Translations under genes and position numbers: made by a program | Part shown: one piece after another, positions 12,961-26,467 of the stretch | Layout of the letters: the number at the start of each line of letters is the position of its first letter | How positions within the stretch are numbered: the first letter of the stretch is position 1 | NCBI RefSeq assembly: GCF_006345805.1 | Contig: NC_043004.1 | Location: 61,008,001-61,072,000 of the forward strand | Origin: Octopus sinensis | Lineage: Eukaryota | Direction of reading: 5' to 3' | DNA length: 64,000 bases | The notes under the pieces: generated by a model | Told to the model about the DNA's origin: nothing | Databases searched by the model: none | Seen by the model: only the letters and a program-made list of their open reading frames with translations

Positions 12961-15849
12961 GTGTATATATGTATGTATATACATTTGTACGCATGCATAT
13001 ATATATACAGGTTCTATTCTTTGAGATGTACTCAAAATTATGAAGCTGGTCATAAATATACTAAGCTCTTTCGTTTGAGTTAAAAGCATTTTCGGGGTTT
13101 TGTGAATATATGTGTGAGAGCTCGTGAATATAAATGCAATTCTATATGCGTTGCTATATTTTCCCTCATGTAGTGACACTATTAGTACTTAAGTGTGTTC
13201 GACAATTTTAGTGTACTTTTGAATATTAATTATACATGTGGTTGTGTGTATGTCTTCATTTTCGTTGACTCAAATGGAATATGTTTGGTCTGTTTTATAA
13301 ATCTTTAACGTACCACTAACCAATTGCATGCGAACTAAGCGAGTCAGTGCGTTCGTTTTGTTCTTTACTAGAAAACTCTAGCATTTCGTGTTTTTTTCTA
13401 TTGTATGCAAATCTGTTTCAACGAAGCCCAATGCACTTCATATAATCAGTACAAATCTTTTTACCGAAAAATATAAGCAGTAATTTCTGCGTTAGTTCGC
13501 CTTAATTCATTTTTTTGCATTCCGAGTCAAAGAGGCACTCTTTCTGGGAAACTGGCCTCTTTTGCAGCGCATGACTTTGTTTCTTGTCCCATAAGATTAT
13601 TATCATGCCAATGGCTCTCGCATTGATTCGCTGCTTATATAAGATGTTCATCAGAGTTCCTTATTTTGAAAGGTGTGAGTGCATTCTTACTCTAGCGAGA
13701 CTACCAGGGCAATTTTTCGCGCAAATAGTGTTATAACTGGTTTTCGCAACATTGTAGTATCTCTGGGTAAGAGAGTGCTTGTGGAAAATGAAACAATCGA
13801 CATTTTCTATCACAATCTGGATGTTTGGAGGCATTCTTACATGTCTTACTGATAAAGTATTGAATAATTATCACCTACTTCTAAATAGTCAAAGCATATT
13901 CTTTCAGCTAAAGAGCAATGCATCCATGAAGTCTTCACAAGCAAATATATATTTTCCCCATTCAAAATGAAAAAGAGCTGCAGCGTTTTTTCTTGACTCT
14001 GATTGCTTTTATCATTTATTCAACAACACAATGATAGTGTGTAATATAGTTGATTTGCTATTTTGCTCTGTTGAACAATTAAATAGCGACGACGCTAATG
14101 AACACTCACCACAGAAAGCCTACTATCTTCGCCGTCGACCACCATCATGTACCAACTTCGAGTCGCCTCTAACATCTTCGCCATACAAACTGTAAACCAA
14201 TTTCCATTATTAACTCTATGCTTTGTACCTTTCTATGCCACACGCATTCACCCTGATTGTATCTGTCACACACACGAACACACATACACAAAAACGTGTT
14301 GCATACGCACATACGTGCTAACACTTACAAACTTCTAACATCAGCACGATTGTAAATAAAATAATATTTATCTCTCAACCGAAGGCTTGTCGTCAATTCA
14401 CCTATGTTCTTTTGGTACTGCATTGTATTTATGGCTTATAATAATTCGTTAAGAATATGACCACGTGCGATCGTATTCCCTACACAATGCGACCACGTGC
14501 GTTCATATTTCTTACATTCTCATAGTGATTGCATACACTATTATTCAGCAATTAGCCTCTAAAGAGTAATTTCTTTCTCTGAGTTTTGTCTTTCTCCATA
14601 CTAGTTATTTTATATCCCAATTTCATCTTTAACCCATTCATATACCCATATTTAAACGATATTGTAAAAGAAGCAGTTCTGAGTTTGACATTAAACTGCT
14701 TCCGGTGGTGAGGCTCCAGTTCAGGAGTTGTGGGGAGCCTGGAACCGCTCCTTATTCACAATTACTTTCAGGTTCAATTTGACCCGGAATTGTAGTACCT
14801 GTCCAGGGTCCTAACTGTTGGTTACATAGATTTTTGTAAGGGTAGATTGAGCTCCTTAGCAGCAGTGAAAAATCTCGGAGATGGAAAACTCCAAAATAAA
14901 ATGCCCTCTTCCTAAGCAAGTACAGAAGAGGAAACTAATATGACGTATAAAACTAATATGAGGTATGTCCAATAACATATACTCATTCTGTGGAGGCATT
15001 CGTCTCATGTTGCTGCGCATTATATAACAGGCAGAGACAGCGGGAAATGATGACTAGGAAGTATAAGCCAATGTAACCCTATTAGAATGTTTCCAGGAGT
15101 AGAGATTTATGGTATTTATGTAACACTCCTAAATGGCATTCCGTCGATGTTAGTCCTGTACATTCAAATGTACTTGATTTTATAAAACAAGGTATTCTAA
15201 TTATTATTCTTAGGTTCTTTCATTCACTTGGATGTTATAAAATGTATTTTCTTCGATCAATATTCATAAATATATTTCTTAACGTTTTGTTCAAATTCCG
15301 TTGAGGTTAACTTTGAATTTCATCCTTTTGGGGGTCGATAAAATAAGTACCCTTTGAACAATGTTGTCGATATAATCGATTTATCTCCCCCCCCCCACCA
15401 CGAAATTGATGGCTTTGCGCCAAAATTTCAAATCAATGTTTATAAAAATATATAAATACGAGCAAAACGCCTCCCGTCCAATGGACGGTGCTGAGTTGTC
15501 AAACATTTAAACCAAATTCTCTCAAAACAACATGTCCGACCGTTCCATAAGCCTCCCCTTTGAGAAACCCTGATTTAACCTAAATTTGAGACACCAGCAA
15601 AATAAGAAATAAAGATAGACTTTTATTCTATTTCAAAGAAAAACGATTTTATTCACACAAATCTGCAACCGAAGATTTTAAAGTACCAGTAATGATAAGG
15701 CTGTTGACTTGGAGAACACAAACATGATTTAAACAGTAAGCTTGGTAGGAAAGAAACGTGCCTTTAAGCAGTACAAAAACAACAAAAAATGGAAGGTGCA
15801 GTTATGTACAGGTTGACGGAAGAAAAGCAGGACAAAAAGGGCTCTATCG

Positions 15850-16016
15850 ATCGCATTCGCATTCTCACCTGGAATCGATTTTTGCAATTTTTTCAAGACT
15901 TATAGATGCCCTGATACCGTCGGTATCTATATATCAGAAATGAGCGCAATCGGATGGAGGATGCTCGAGATCCTAGAAGACACACAGACAGACGGAAAGG
16001 ATTTTATATAATAGAT
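15850..16016 (+). mobile_element. Helentron/DINE-like non-autonomous element end
   Basis: AAATGAGCGCAATCGGAT..GAGATCCTAGAAGACACACAGACAGACGG..TTTTATATAATAGAT pattern. Confidence 0.45.
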
Positions 16017-16518
16017 AAACAATGTCTATGAATAATTAGTACCATATCTGACTTATATATAACTGTGTGCATGTATATGTGTGTATGAGTACATGCGTGT
16101 ATGTAAATATGTGTGTGTGAATGTGCGTGTGCGTGTGTGTGTATGTGTGCATGTGTGTGTATGTTTGTAGTGATGGTGGTAATGGATCTCTGTCATTGAA
16201 AGAGGAAGATTCACTTGTTTAATCAATTGGATTATCTACTTCTGAAAAATTAAGTGGGAGGGCAAGGAAAAGACACTTGGAGTCTGAGCCGGAATCAATC
16301 AGTGTATCATAGTGAGTGACTAAACTGTACTTTTGAACAAGAGGTAATATAGCCTGCTCGACGAGCATTTTTGCGGTTAACGTTTACCCAATTTCACTGG
16401 TAAAAAATGGGTCGGCAAGAATATATAGAAAAACTAACATAAGTGCATGTTACTACGCAACGGGATTGTAAAGCCAACTTTTTAACCATTCAGCCCTCTC
16501 ATGCGCCTACAGACACAC

Positions 16519-16582
<64 letters not shown>

Positions 16583-16593
16583 CATATACATAC

Positions 16594-16761
16594 GGCAGAA
16601 ACGTTAGCGCGTCGGGCGAAATTATTTGCGGTATTTCGTCTGTCATTACGTTCGATAATTAAAGTACCAGTTTCGCACTGGGTCGATGTAATCGACTTAA
16701 TCCCTTTGTCTGTCCTTGTTTGTCCCCTCTATGTTTATCCCCTTGTGGGTAGTAAAGAAAT
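16594..16761 (+). mobile_element. SINE family A with internal deletion
   Basis: Head and tail match 44149-44379. Confidence 0.85.
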
Positions 16762-16911
16762 ATATATATATACACACACATACAAACACACACAAACAAA
16801 GAAAACAATGTCAGTGTTATAAAGCTAAATATTTCCTTTAATTTGAAGTTTCATGCTTGACTCAAAGCCCGAAACAGTGTATTGCACTTGAATGAATCTC
16901 TCGGCCTTTGA

Positions 16912-16913
<2 letters not shown>

Positions 16914-17001
<88 letters not shown>

Positions 17002-17008
17002 ATGTCTG

Positions 17009-17105
<97 letters not shown>

Positions 17106-17112
17106 ATGTCTG

Positions 17113-17158
<46 letters not shown>

Positions 17159-17192
17159 AATCTATCTATCTATCTATCTATCTATCTGTCTG

Positions 17193-17287
<95 letters not shown>

Positions 17288-17290
17288 ACC
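16914..17290. repeat. (TATC)n grading into (TGTC)n (GATA/GACA-type) microsatellite
   Basis: Direct reading. Confidence 0.95.
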
Positions 17291-17444
17291 TGACTGTCTG
17301 TCTGTGTGCCTGTTTTACTGTTTGTCTGTCTGTCTATATGTTTCTCTATCGATCTGTTATCAATTATCATTTTTAATAATAAAAAAAATCGGTACCCTAA
17401 AAGAACGTCGGACAGACTGCTTAACCACATTTTCTCCTTCTTAA

Positions 17445-17930
17445 AACTCTGAGCTCAAATTCTGCTGAGGTCAATGTTACCTTTCATCCTTTAAAATAAG
17501 TACCATTTGAGCACTGAAGTCGATGTAATGGATTGATCCTCTTTCCCGAAAGTGTTGGCCTTGTGCCAAAATTTGATACCAATATTCAGAAGGAGGCTAA
17601 GTTAGCAGAATCATTTGCACGACGAGAAAATGCTTAGCAGCATTTTGTCTGTTTTTACATTTCTGAGTTTAAATTCCGCTGAGATCGACTTTGCTTTTTA
17701 TTCTTTCGGCGTCGATAAAATATATACCACAGAAATTTGTGGTCTTGTATCTAAATCTGATATGATTATTATGACGTTTATTGTCAGGTGTGAAGCTGGC
17801 ATAATCTTGCACGCTGGGTGATAAATTAAGTACCAGTTACGCACTGGAGTCGATGTAATCGACTTAATCCCTCTGTCTGTCTGTGTTTCTCTCCTCCATG
17901 TTTAGCCCCTTGTGGGCAATAAAGAAATAA
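17445..17930 (+). mobile_element. Three degenerate or partial SINE A copies
   Basis: Repeated CTGAG..AAATT..CTTT..GTCGAT..AAGTACC blocks. Confidence 0.75.
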
Positions 17931-18545
17931 GAATCTTGCACGCTGGGGAAAATGCATTGTGGTGTTTCGTCCGCTTTACGTCCCCAATTCAAATTAGTTT
18001 CGAGGTGGATGAAATAGTTTGAGCACTGGTGTTAATTTAATCGACTAGACCATTCCTTCAACATTTTAAGCCATGTGTATAGAGCAGAAAAGATGATTGC
18101 GATACTTAATATGTCCTTCATAGCTTATATTCTATAACTTTACAAGTCATTTAATAATTGCATTAAAAACTAAGAGGAAAATAGTGTTGGGGAATATATA
18201 TATATATATATAAAATAAAGTGATTTCCTTCTTATTTGATTAAATAGATACTAGGAATTGTGCTTTAGCCTTAACGTATAGTTTTTATTTTATCCCATTT
18301 CATTTTAGTAATTTCATTAGATATATTACTTAAACATACACTATTGACGCACGGCTTAAGCTTCGATATCTAATATATAGTTACATAGGTATTACACATA
18401 TGCAAACGTACATACATACATACATACATATATATATATGTGTGTATATACACTAATACATACAAACGTACATACATACATACATATATATATATATGTG
18501 TGTGTACATACACTAATACATACATATATACACACACACAAATAC

Positions 18546-18588
<43 letters not shown>

Positions 18589-18885
18589 TAAATATGCGTA
18601 TATATATCCTTATATGTATAAGTATGTGTATATACATGTATTTATATATATGTACACACACATATATATATATATATACATATATGCATAAATATATATA
18701 CATATGCATATATATACACATACATGCATGTATATACAAGTATGCATATATATGCATATTTATACATATATATGTATATATATATGCATATATATGTATA
18801 TATATATGCATATATATATATGTGTGTATAAATCATACATAATATATATATATCAATCTATCTATCTTCCTTTCTCTTTCCCTCA

Positions 18886-18917
<32 letters not shown>

Positions 18918-19061
18918 GTATATATACATATATATGTATGTATGGATGGATATATATATATATATATATATATATTAATTCTTTAAATTGAATGTAAGTT
19001 AAAAACTCAAGATATATATGAAATTTATTAGTATTATTCGCATGCGTATAATGGTAATGAT

Positions 19062-19071
19062 TCTTCTTCTT

Positions 19072-19102
<31 letters not shown>

Positions 19103-19133
19103 TTATTATTATTATTATTATTATCATTATCAC

Positions 19134-19188
<55 letters not shown>

Positions 19189-19210
19189 TTTATCATTATC
19201 ACCATTATTA

Positions 19211-19250
<40 letters not shown>

Positions 19251-19261
19251 CATTATCACCA

Positions 19262-19292
<31 letters not shown>

Positions 19293-19311
19293 TATTTTTA
19301 TCATTATCACC

Positions 19312-19370
<59 letters not shown>

Positions 19371-19390
19371 GTTATTATTATCATTATCAC

Positions 19391-19458
<68 letters not shown>

Positions 19459-19460
19459 TT
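19062..19460. repeat. (CTT)n followed by (ATT)n compound microsatellite with recurring variant units
   Basis: Direct reading. Confidence 0.95.
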
Positions 19461-19760
19461 ATGTATGTGCGTCTTCAATCTGCCATCTACTGTTTGACAC
19501 CTATAATTCATTTGATAGAATTAAAAGCTGATGACTTACCAACACAGCTTTTATTTAGATTAAATTGATATTTTGAACAATTGATTTTTATTTAAATTAT
19601 TTTTCTCCGTATTCTACGTTGCATAAATAATATATAAATTCATATCTGCTACTGGCGTATTTAGTACTAGAATGCACATATCCGGCTAGCCATTATGAAG
19701 TTTGAGTATTTTTTAAATGCATCGTGAATGACGTATTTAGTTTTTCAAACATAATATACA

Positions 19761-19918
19761 CGCAGGAGTGGCTGTGTTAAGTAGCTTTCTTACCAACCAC
19801 ATGGTTCCGGGTTCAGTCCCACTGCGTCGCACCTCGAGCAAGTGTCTTCTACTATAGCCTCGGGCCGACCAAAGCCTTGTGAGTGGATTTGGTAGACGGA
19901 ACCTGAAATAAGACAGTC

Positions 19919-19976
<58 letters not shown>

Positions 19977-20735
19977 ATAATTGAGGGTAAAATTAATTAG
20001 TTATTAATCAATTTCACCAACTAGTGTTCAGTATGTAAAATGACCATTTAAGGCGTATTCAAAATATTACATTATATAATTAGGGCTTAGTAAAATAAAT
20101 TACTTTGCCATATACTGAACTTTCTAGAAATAGCAGCCCAAAAGTTTTTTAGCCATTTCCACTACTTTAAGAAAAATTCTCCCAGATAATGTTTACTCAA
20201 AAATATTTTTGAGTAAATATTATCTGGCAGAATTTTTCTTAAAGTAGTGGAAATGGCTAAACTTTTTGGCTGCTATTTCTAGAAAGTTCAGTATGTGGCA
20301 AAGTAATTTATTTTACTAAGCCCTAATTATATAATGTAATATTTTGAATACGCCTTAAATGGTCCTTTTACATACTGAACACTACTTGGTGAAATTGATT
20401 AATAACTAATTAATTTTACCCTCGATTATTGATATTATAATTCCTTTCTCCCTGTCCTGTTACTACGGTTCTCACCGTTATAGTATGTTTACTAGATAAC
20501 TCACGTGGGTGGAAGAGGAAAGGAGCATGAATCTTCGCTTGTACATTTTGAATTTGCTAGTACTCGCAGTTTGCGGGTGTTTGTCTGAGGTGATACATTG
20601 CCGGACGGGTATGTTCATTCTTTTAGTGCTTTCAAATCCAAAATTAAGAAATGTTGAGCTGACGAAGGAAATGCTGAGTTTTATTTCGGCTAATCTAGAA
20701 ACGTGACGTTCTCAAATGATCTTTGTACTTGCGGT

Positions 20736-20832
<97 letters not shown>

Positions 20833-21122
20833 TATATATTATATATATAATATATATAACATATATATATATGCGTGCGTGTGTGTGTGTGTGTGTTGTG
20901 GTATGTGTGTGTGTATGTGTGTGTATGCGTGTGTGTATGCGTGTGTGTGCGCGTGTGTTTGTGTTTGTGTGCCTGTCCCCGTAACGTAGCGGTTCGGCAA
21001 ATGGGACCGATAGAAAAAGTACTAGGCTTACAAAGAATAAGTCCTGGGGTCGATTTGCTCGATTAAAGGCGGTCCTCCAGCATGGCCACAGCCAAATGAC
21101 TGAAACAAGTAAAAGAGTAAAA
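19761..21122 (+). mobile_element. SINE family B split by an insertion in its internal (TA)n
   Basis: 5' half at 19761-19920; 3' half (GTCCCCGTAAC..GAAACAAGTAAAAGAG) at about 20975-21122. Confidence 0.8.
19971..20435. repeat. 465-bp near-perfect spacerless palindrome
   Basis: Arms about 234 and 231 bp, centre CTCAAAAAT|ATTTTTGAG at 20204/20205; about 7 substitutions and one 3-bp indel counted by eye. Confidence 0.95.
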
Positions 21123-21939
21123 AATAGTATACGGTCAATTGTATTAATTGTTTACTAGCCAATAATGTGTCTTACGTTTTGTGTTAGCAGTGCTATATAA
21201 GTTATCTCTACAGAGATATTTTTTCTTTATATAAATGTTTTAACTACTCATCAACTGAATATTTTTCTTTCATTTGTCCATATAAATTGTGTCGTTTCGA
21301 TGTTTGTTATTTTATGTATCTAACCGCCTCTTCTGCTATTGCACCACTAAATTCTTGAGGGGTAGCTTTGGTAGAAGACATTTGCGTTAAGGGTATAGAG
21401 TTGCTGCGGAATACTCAGTTATATATACCCTATAATTTAATGAATGTCCAGTTCAATGAATAGATGTCGTCTGCAGAAATTGAACTGTTGGATTCACTCG
21501 TCGTCGAAATCGACGGAGGTCCATCGTTACCGCTGTCTTATGAGCCAACATGCTTTACTAATCATCTACTTCAATAATACTCTTGTGTTCTTCTCTGTCA
21601 TAAAATATCAATGAGACAGGAAGTGGTGATAGAGGAATAAGGAAGAAATGGGTGATGGCAAACTGGTAGTGGGATGATGGAAATTATACGGTGAAAAAAT
21701 CAAACAGCGTTTCAACTCTGTGTGACTATATGCATGTATGTATGTGTGCGCGTGTACAAGGGAAGTATGTGTGAACCAGCGTTCTTTCAGTAGTAAACGA
21801 TGATTGATGTCACATCTCAAAAGAGAACTACTAGATAACATTGACAAGTATATTAATTTGATTTAGTGTCCATATTCTATCTTTTTTCTTAAAATTTCAT
21901 ATTACAACAACACACACCTACACAAACACATCTGAGAAA

Positions 21940-22160
21940 ATAATTCTTTTCTAATCTAGGCACAAGGCCTGAAATCCTGGGGGAGGGGGCCAGCCGAATA
22001 GAACGATCCCAGTACGCAAGTCGTACTTAATTTATCCACCCCGAAAGAATGAAAGGCAAAGTCGACCTCGGCGGAATTTGAACTCAGAACGTTAAGACAT
22101 ATGAACTGCCGTTAAGCATTTCGCCCGATGTACTGACGTTTCTTCCAGCTCTCTGCCTTG
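21940..22160 (-). mobile_element. SINE family A with the alternative 3' tail
   Basis: Reverse complement of the family A body: GAAAGGCAAAGTCGACCTCGGCGGAATTTGAACTCAGAACG. Confidence 0.85.
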
Positions 22161-22686
22161 ATTAGAGAAAATAATCATTACTTCAGTGTATCAAGTATAT
22201 AGAACGACTGCAGTTGAAAGGAATATTGTAAATTTGGTAATAAAAGAATTATTAAAATAAAAATTTGGTTTTGTATCTTATTTATATATAAAATACTACA
22301 ATTAAATGTCAATTTTGACGGCAAGGGGCCAGCTAGTTAATTATATTCCACAAAATGAAAAACATGTTTATTTAAGGTGTTCAATAATTAGTATGGATTT
22401 TGCAAAATCTTAAATTATAATTTTGAAAATATAAGCATTTATATACATTAAGACAACAAGAAAAAAGCCATCTTTTGAACGGTGGATTTGGAAGTAGATA
22501 AAGTTATAAATCATAGCATACAAACAATGGGTTAAAGTGTTGTTTGGATAGAAAAATTTTTCAGGTAATGTGCATTCCTTTCCCGCGCTCAGCTTTCGAC
22601 TATTTCTATAGAAACGGTTTCTTCACCCAGTATTTACGCCTTATTATTTATGTACGTCAAGATCCACAGCTACAAAAATTACTTAC

Positions 22687-22828
22687 TTCAAGTATATTTG
22701 TTATAATCCATGGTGCCTCTAGATACTCTTTGTAAAACATTGTTTGACAAGAATTTCTCCACACCGTAATTGTACAGAACATATTAAATAACACTATCGA
22801 CGGATCTTCAATACAATCATCCGATATG
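22687..22828 (-). CDS. Candidate 142-nt internal exon of an unidentified host gene
   Basis: ..GCTAATTATAG| acceptor and |GTAAGT donor; a single open frame ISDDCIEDPSIVLFNMFCTITVWRNSCQTMFYKEYLEAPWIITNILE. No homology recognised. Confidence 0.25.
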
Positions 22829-23129
22829 CTATAATTAGCAGCCAAAGATCCTAACTATCACTCTGTTATCTTAACATTAACTAAAGGTGCGGTATTTTGA
22901 ATGGTACTCTTTAGTAGTAAAAAGATAAGAAGTTGCAGATCGAGCACTTTCGATTATATACTTATTCAGGACCAACCTAAGTTAATCTACTTCCCAAAAA
23001 TATAGCCCACCCACCCACAAAAAAAAAAAAAAAGAAAAACATGGTTGTTGCTGTTATTTTCATTGGCGTTATTGCATAGCTCCGAAGGCAGCGAGCTGGC
23101 AGAAACGTTTGTCGCTGTTTTTGAGTAGA

Positions 23130-23930
23130 AAGTGTGTACGCTCCATGTGAGTCCTTTTATGGTTAAACTGTTATAGGTCAGCTGCTGGGGCTATGGGCTA
23201 GAAGTAATAGCCCATACAAGCCTCCCAGACCGCCATAAGATTGTGGAAGAGCTGGTGGTGCCAGACGAGACCAAATTAAGGATTGTTGTGGAGGGTAGAC
23301 CTCCAATATATTTTGCGTGTGGAGTAAGGGGACACATGAAGACCAAGTGTCCCCTGAAACACGATGAGGAAATAATAGAAACAGAAATTCAAGAAGAGAG
23401 TACAGCTGTAGCAGAGGAGAAAATGGACGAGCAGTTTATGGTGGTGAAAATAAAAAAGGAATTTAGAATCACCACCTAAAACCCCAAGGAGAAGAAAAGA
23501 AGAACAATCGAGGAAGAGAAGAAGAGAGAAAAGAAGAAAAATGGAAAATCAAATGAAAAATCAAGTGAAATGCAAACTCAGGAACCGTTGCCTTTAACCA
23601 GTAAGGAAGAAGGAGCACGACAGAAGAATGAAGACGAAAGAGACAGCGAATTTGAGACAGAGAAAATTGTGTCGAATGAAGAGACTGGTGAAAGATATCA
23701 GAGAACATACCGACAGGGATGAAACTTAAGAAGCCTCATAGTACATGAAAAAAGCGTCGAAATTGAAAAGAGTAACAAAAATGAAAAATGTTATCAGAGT
23801 GAAAATGGCAAACCATGAAGGTAAGAAGGATGTGCTGTTGGAGAGAGAAAGGGGGGAGAGGATAGAAGTATTTGGGAAAAAAAGAGTTGAAATAACACCA
23901 CTTCAATATAGATACGACGAACTGCCGCCT
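23130..23930 (+). mobile_element. gag/ORF1-like retroelement fragment with a degenerate CCHC zinc knuckle
   Basis: KLRIVVEGRPPIYFACGVRGHMKTKCP followed by a Glu/Lys-rich low-complexity region. Confidence 0.6.
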
Positions 23931-24164
23931 GTTGTAATTTTTGCCGATATAATGCAGTATTTGTTATAATTTTTGTGTTAAAGTAAAAGATACAAGACTG
24001 TACACAAAAAATTGTAATTTAAAAAACGGTAAAATGAAAGTACTTGCTTTGGGGGAAGTAAGCCTCATTTTCATCATATTCATAATTCATCAGATATATC
24101 TTTATATGGACCCCATTGTCTTGTTTTGTCTGTCCTTGTGGTGTCCCCTCTTTATAAAGGCCAT

Positions 24165-25560
24165 GTGCTGGCAGAAACGTTAGCACACCGGGCGTAATGC
24201 TTAGCGGTATTTCATCTGCCGTAACGTTCTGAGTTCAAATTCCACCGAGGTCTACTTTGCCATTCATCCTTACGGGGTCAATTAAATAAGTACCAGTTAC
24301 GCACTGGGGTCGATATAATCGACTTAATCCGTTTGTCTGTCCTTGTTTATCTCCTCTATGCGTAGTTCCTTGTGGACAGTAAAGAAATAGAAACGTTAGC
24401 ACACCGGGCATAATGCTTAGCGGTATTTCATCTGCCGTAAACGTTCTGAGTTCAAATTCCACCGAGGTCTACTTTGCCATTCATCCTTTCTGGGTCGATA
24501 AATTAAATACCAGTTACGCACTGGGTCGATATAATCGACTTAATCTCTTTGTCTGTCCTCTCTGTGTTTAGCCCCTTGTGGGTAATAAGGAAATAGGTAT
24601 TTCATCTGCCGTGACATTCTGAGCTCAAATTCCATCGAGGTCTACTTCTCCTTTGATCCTTTCGGGGTCAATAAATTTAGTACTAGCTGTGTACATGGTC
24701 GATCTTATCGACTGGCCTCTCCCCCAAATTTTTGGGCCTTGTGCCTGGACTAGGAAAAGAATATACTCTTAATCTGTAAAAGCGGCGAGCTGGTAGAATC
24801 GTTAGCACGCCTGTCGAAATGCTTAGCGGTATTTCGTCTGCCGTTACGTTCTGAGTTCAAATTCCGCCGAGGTCGACTTTACCTTTCATCCTTTCGGGGT
24901 CGATAAATTAAGTACCAGTTACGCACTGGGGTCGATGTAATCGACTTAAATTCCTTTGTCTGTCCTTGTTTGTCCCCTCTGTGTTTAGCCCCTTGTGGGT
25001 AGTAAAGAAATAGGTATTTCATCTGCCGTTACCTACTGAGTTCAAATTCCGCCGAGGTCGACTTTGCCTTTCAAGCTTTCGGGCTCGATAAATTAAGTAC
25101 CAGTTACTTACTGGGGTCGATGTAATCGACTTAATCCGTCTGTCTGTCCCTGTTTGTCCCCTCTATGTTTAACCTCTTGTGGGTAATAAAGAAATAGGTA
25201 TTTCGTCTGTGTTTACATTCTGAGTTCAAGTGCTGCCGAGGTGGACTTGCCTTCCATCCCTTCTGGGTCGATAAATTAAGTACCAGTTGCGTACTGGGAT
25301 CGATCTAATCGACTGCGCTCCTGCCCCAAAATTTCGGGCCTTGTGTCTAGAGTAGAAAAGATTAGTGCATAGTTCCGCAGGCGTCGAGTGGCAGCGTTGT
25401 TAGCACGCGGGGCAAAATACATAGCAGCATTTCATCCGTCATTAAATTCTGAGTTCAAATCCTGCCATGGTCGATTTTACTTTTCATCCCTTCTGGGTGA
25501 TAAAATAAGTTTCAGTTGAGCACAGTGCTCCTCCCAACACATTTCAGGCCCTGTGTCGAT
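24165..25560 (+). mobile_element. Head-to-tail array of about 7 SINE A units
   Basis: Body GGTATTTCxTCTGCCGT..GAGTTCAAATTCC..GAGGTC..CTTT..GGGTCGATAAATTAAGTACCAG repeated every 170-230 bp. Confidence 0.9.
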
Positions 25561-26090
25561 AGTAGAAAGGATTAATGCAAAGCTACATGACGGTCTTCTG
25601 AGTAGATGGATAATATTAATATGGGTCCAGACCGCTCAGTCATTACATTCATATCTCATATGTGTAGTCGCTTTCATGAAGATACTACATTCATTTTACA
25701 TGTGTCCTGTCGTATTTATTACACTAGGGTGTAGATGATGAAGGAGATTTTGTTCCTATTTTATGCACGGCAAAGGACAAAAACAGACTCGAACAAGATA
25801 TTATTTCAGAAGTAAAGCGAAAGAAGTGTTTTAGTAGAGACTATACGAGAGTCACTTATAAGAATTCTTTTTTCAGACGTCTTCGTTTCTAAATCTATTT
25901 CCAATTTATGCTGAACAAATAGAAATACAAACAAACAAACAAACAAATAAAGACAGAGAACCATACATACAAACATACAAATAGCATTCTTTGCATTCCC
26001 TCAGGCGGCTACACACACATGCATATATTCATATATATATTATGTGCACATATATACACATAATATCTATAGGTATTCTTCTCTTCTTTT

Positions 26091-26467
26091 CACTCCGTCG
26101 GTTACGACGACGAGGGTTCCGGTTGATCCGATCAACGGAACAGCCTGCTCGTGAAATTAACGTGTAAGTGGCTGAGCACTCCACAGACACGTGTACCCCT
26201 TAACGTAGTTCTCGGGGATATTCAGCGTGACACAGAGAGTGACAAGGCCAGCCCTTTGAAATACAGGTACAACAGAAACAGGAAGTAAGAGTGAGAGAAA
26301 GTTGTGGTGAAAGAGTACAGCAGGGATCACCACCATCCCTGCCGGAGCCTCGTTGAGCTTTAGGTGTTTTCGCTCAATAAACACTCACAACGCCCGGTCT
26401 GGGAATCGAAACCGCGATCCTACGACCGCGAGTCCGCTGCCCTAACCACTGGGCCATTGCACCTCCA
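26091..26467 (-). mobile_element. tRNA-derived SINE family C, full length
   Basis: Reverse complement of 60667-61054; probable TSD CTATAG(G/A)TATTC on both sides. Confidence 0.9.

Noticed and set aside
21400-21560. CpG-rich patch that looks coding
   Set aside because: All frames on both strands close within about 40 codons; no motif recognised.
24165-25560. CRISPR-like repeat array
   Set aside because: The units are 170-230-bp SINE copies with no unique spacers, there are no cas genes, and the context is eukaryotic.
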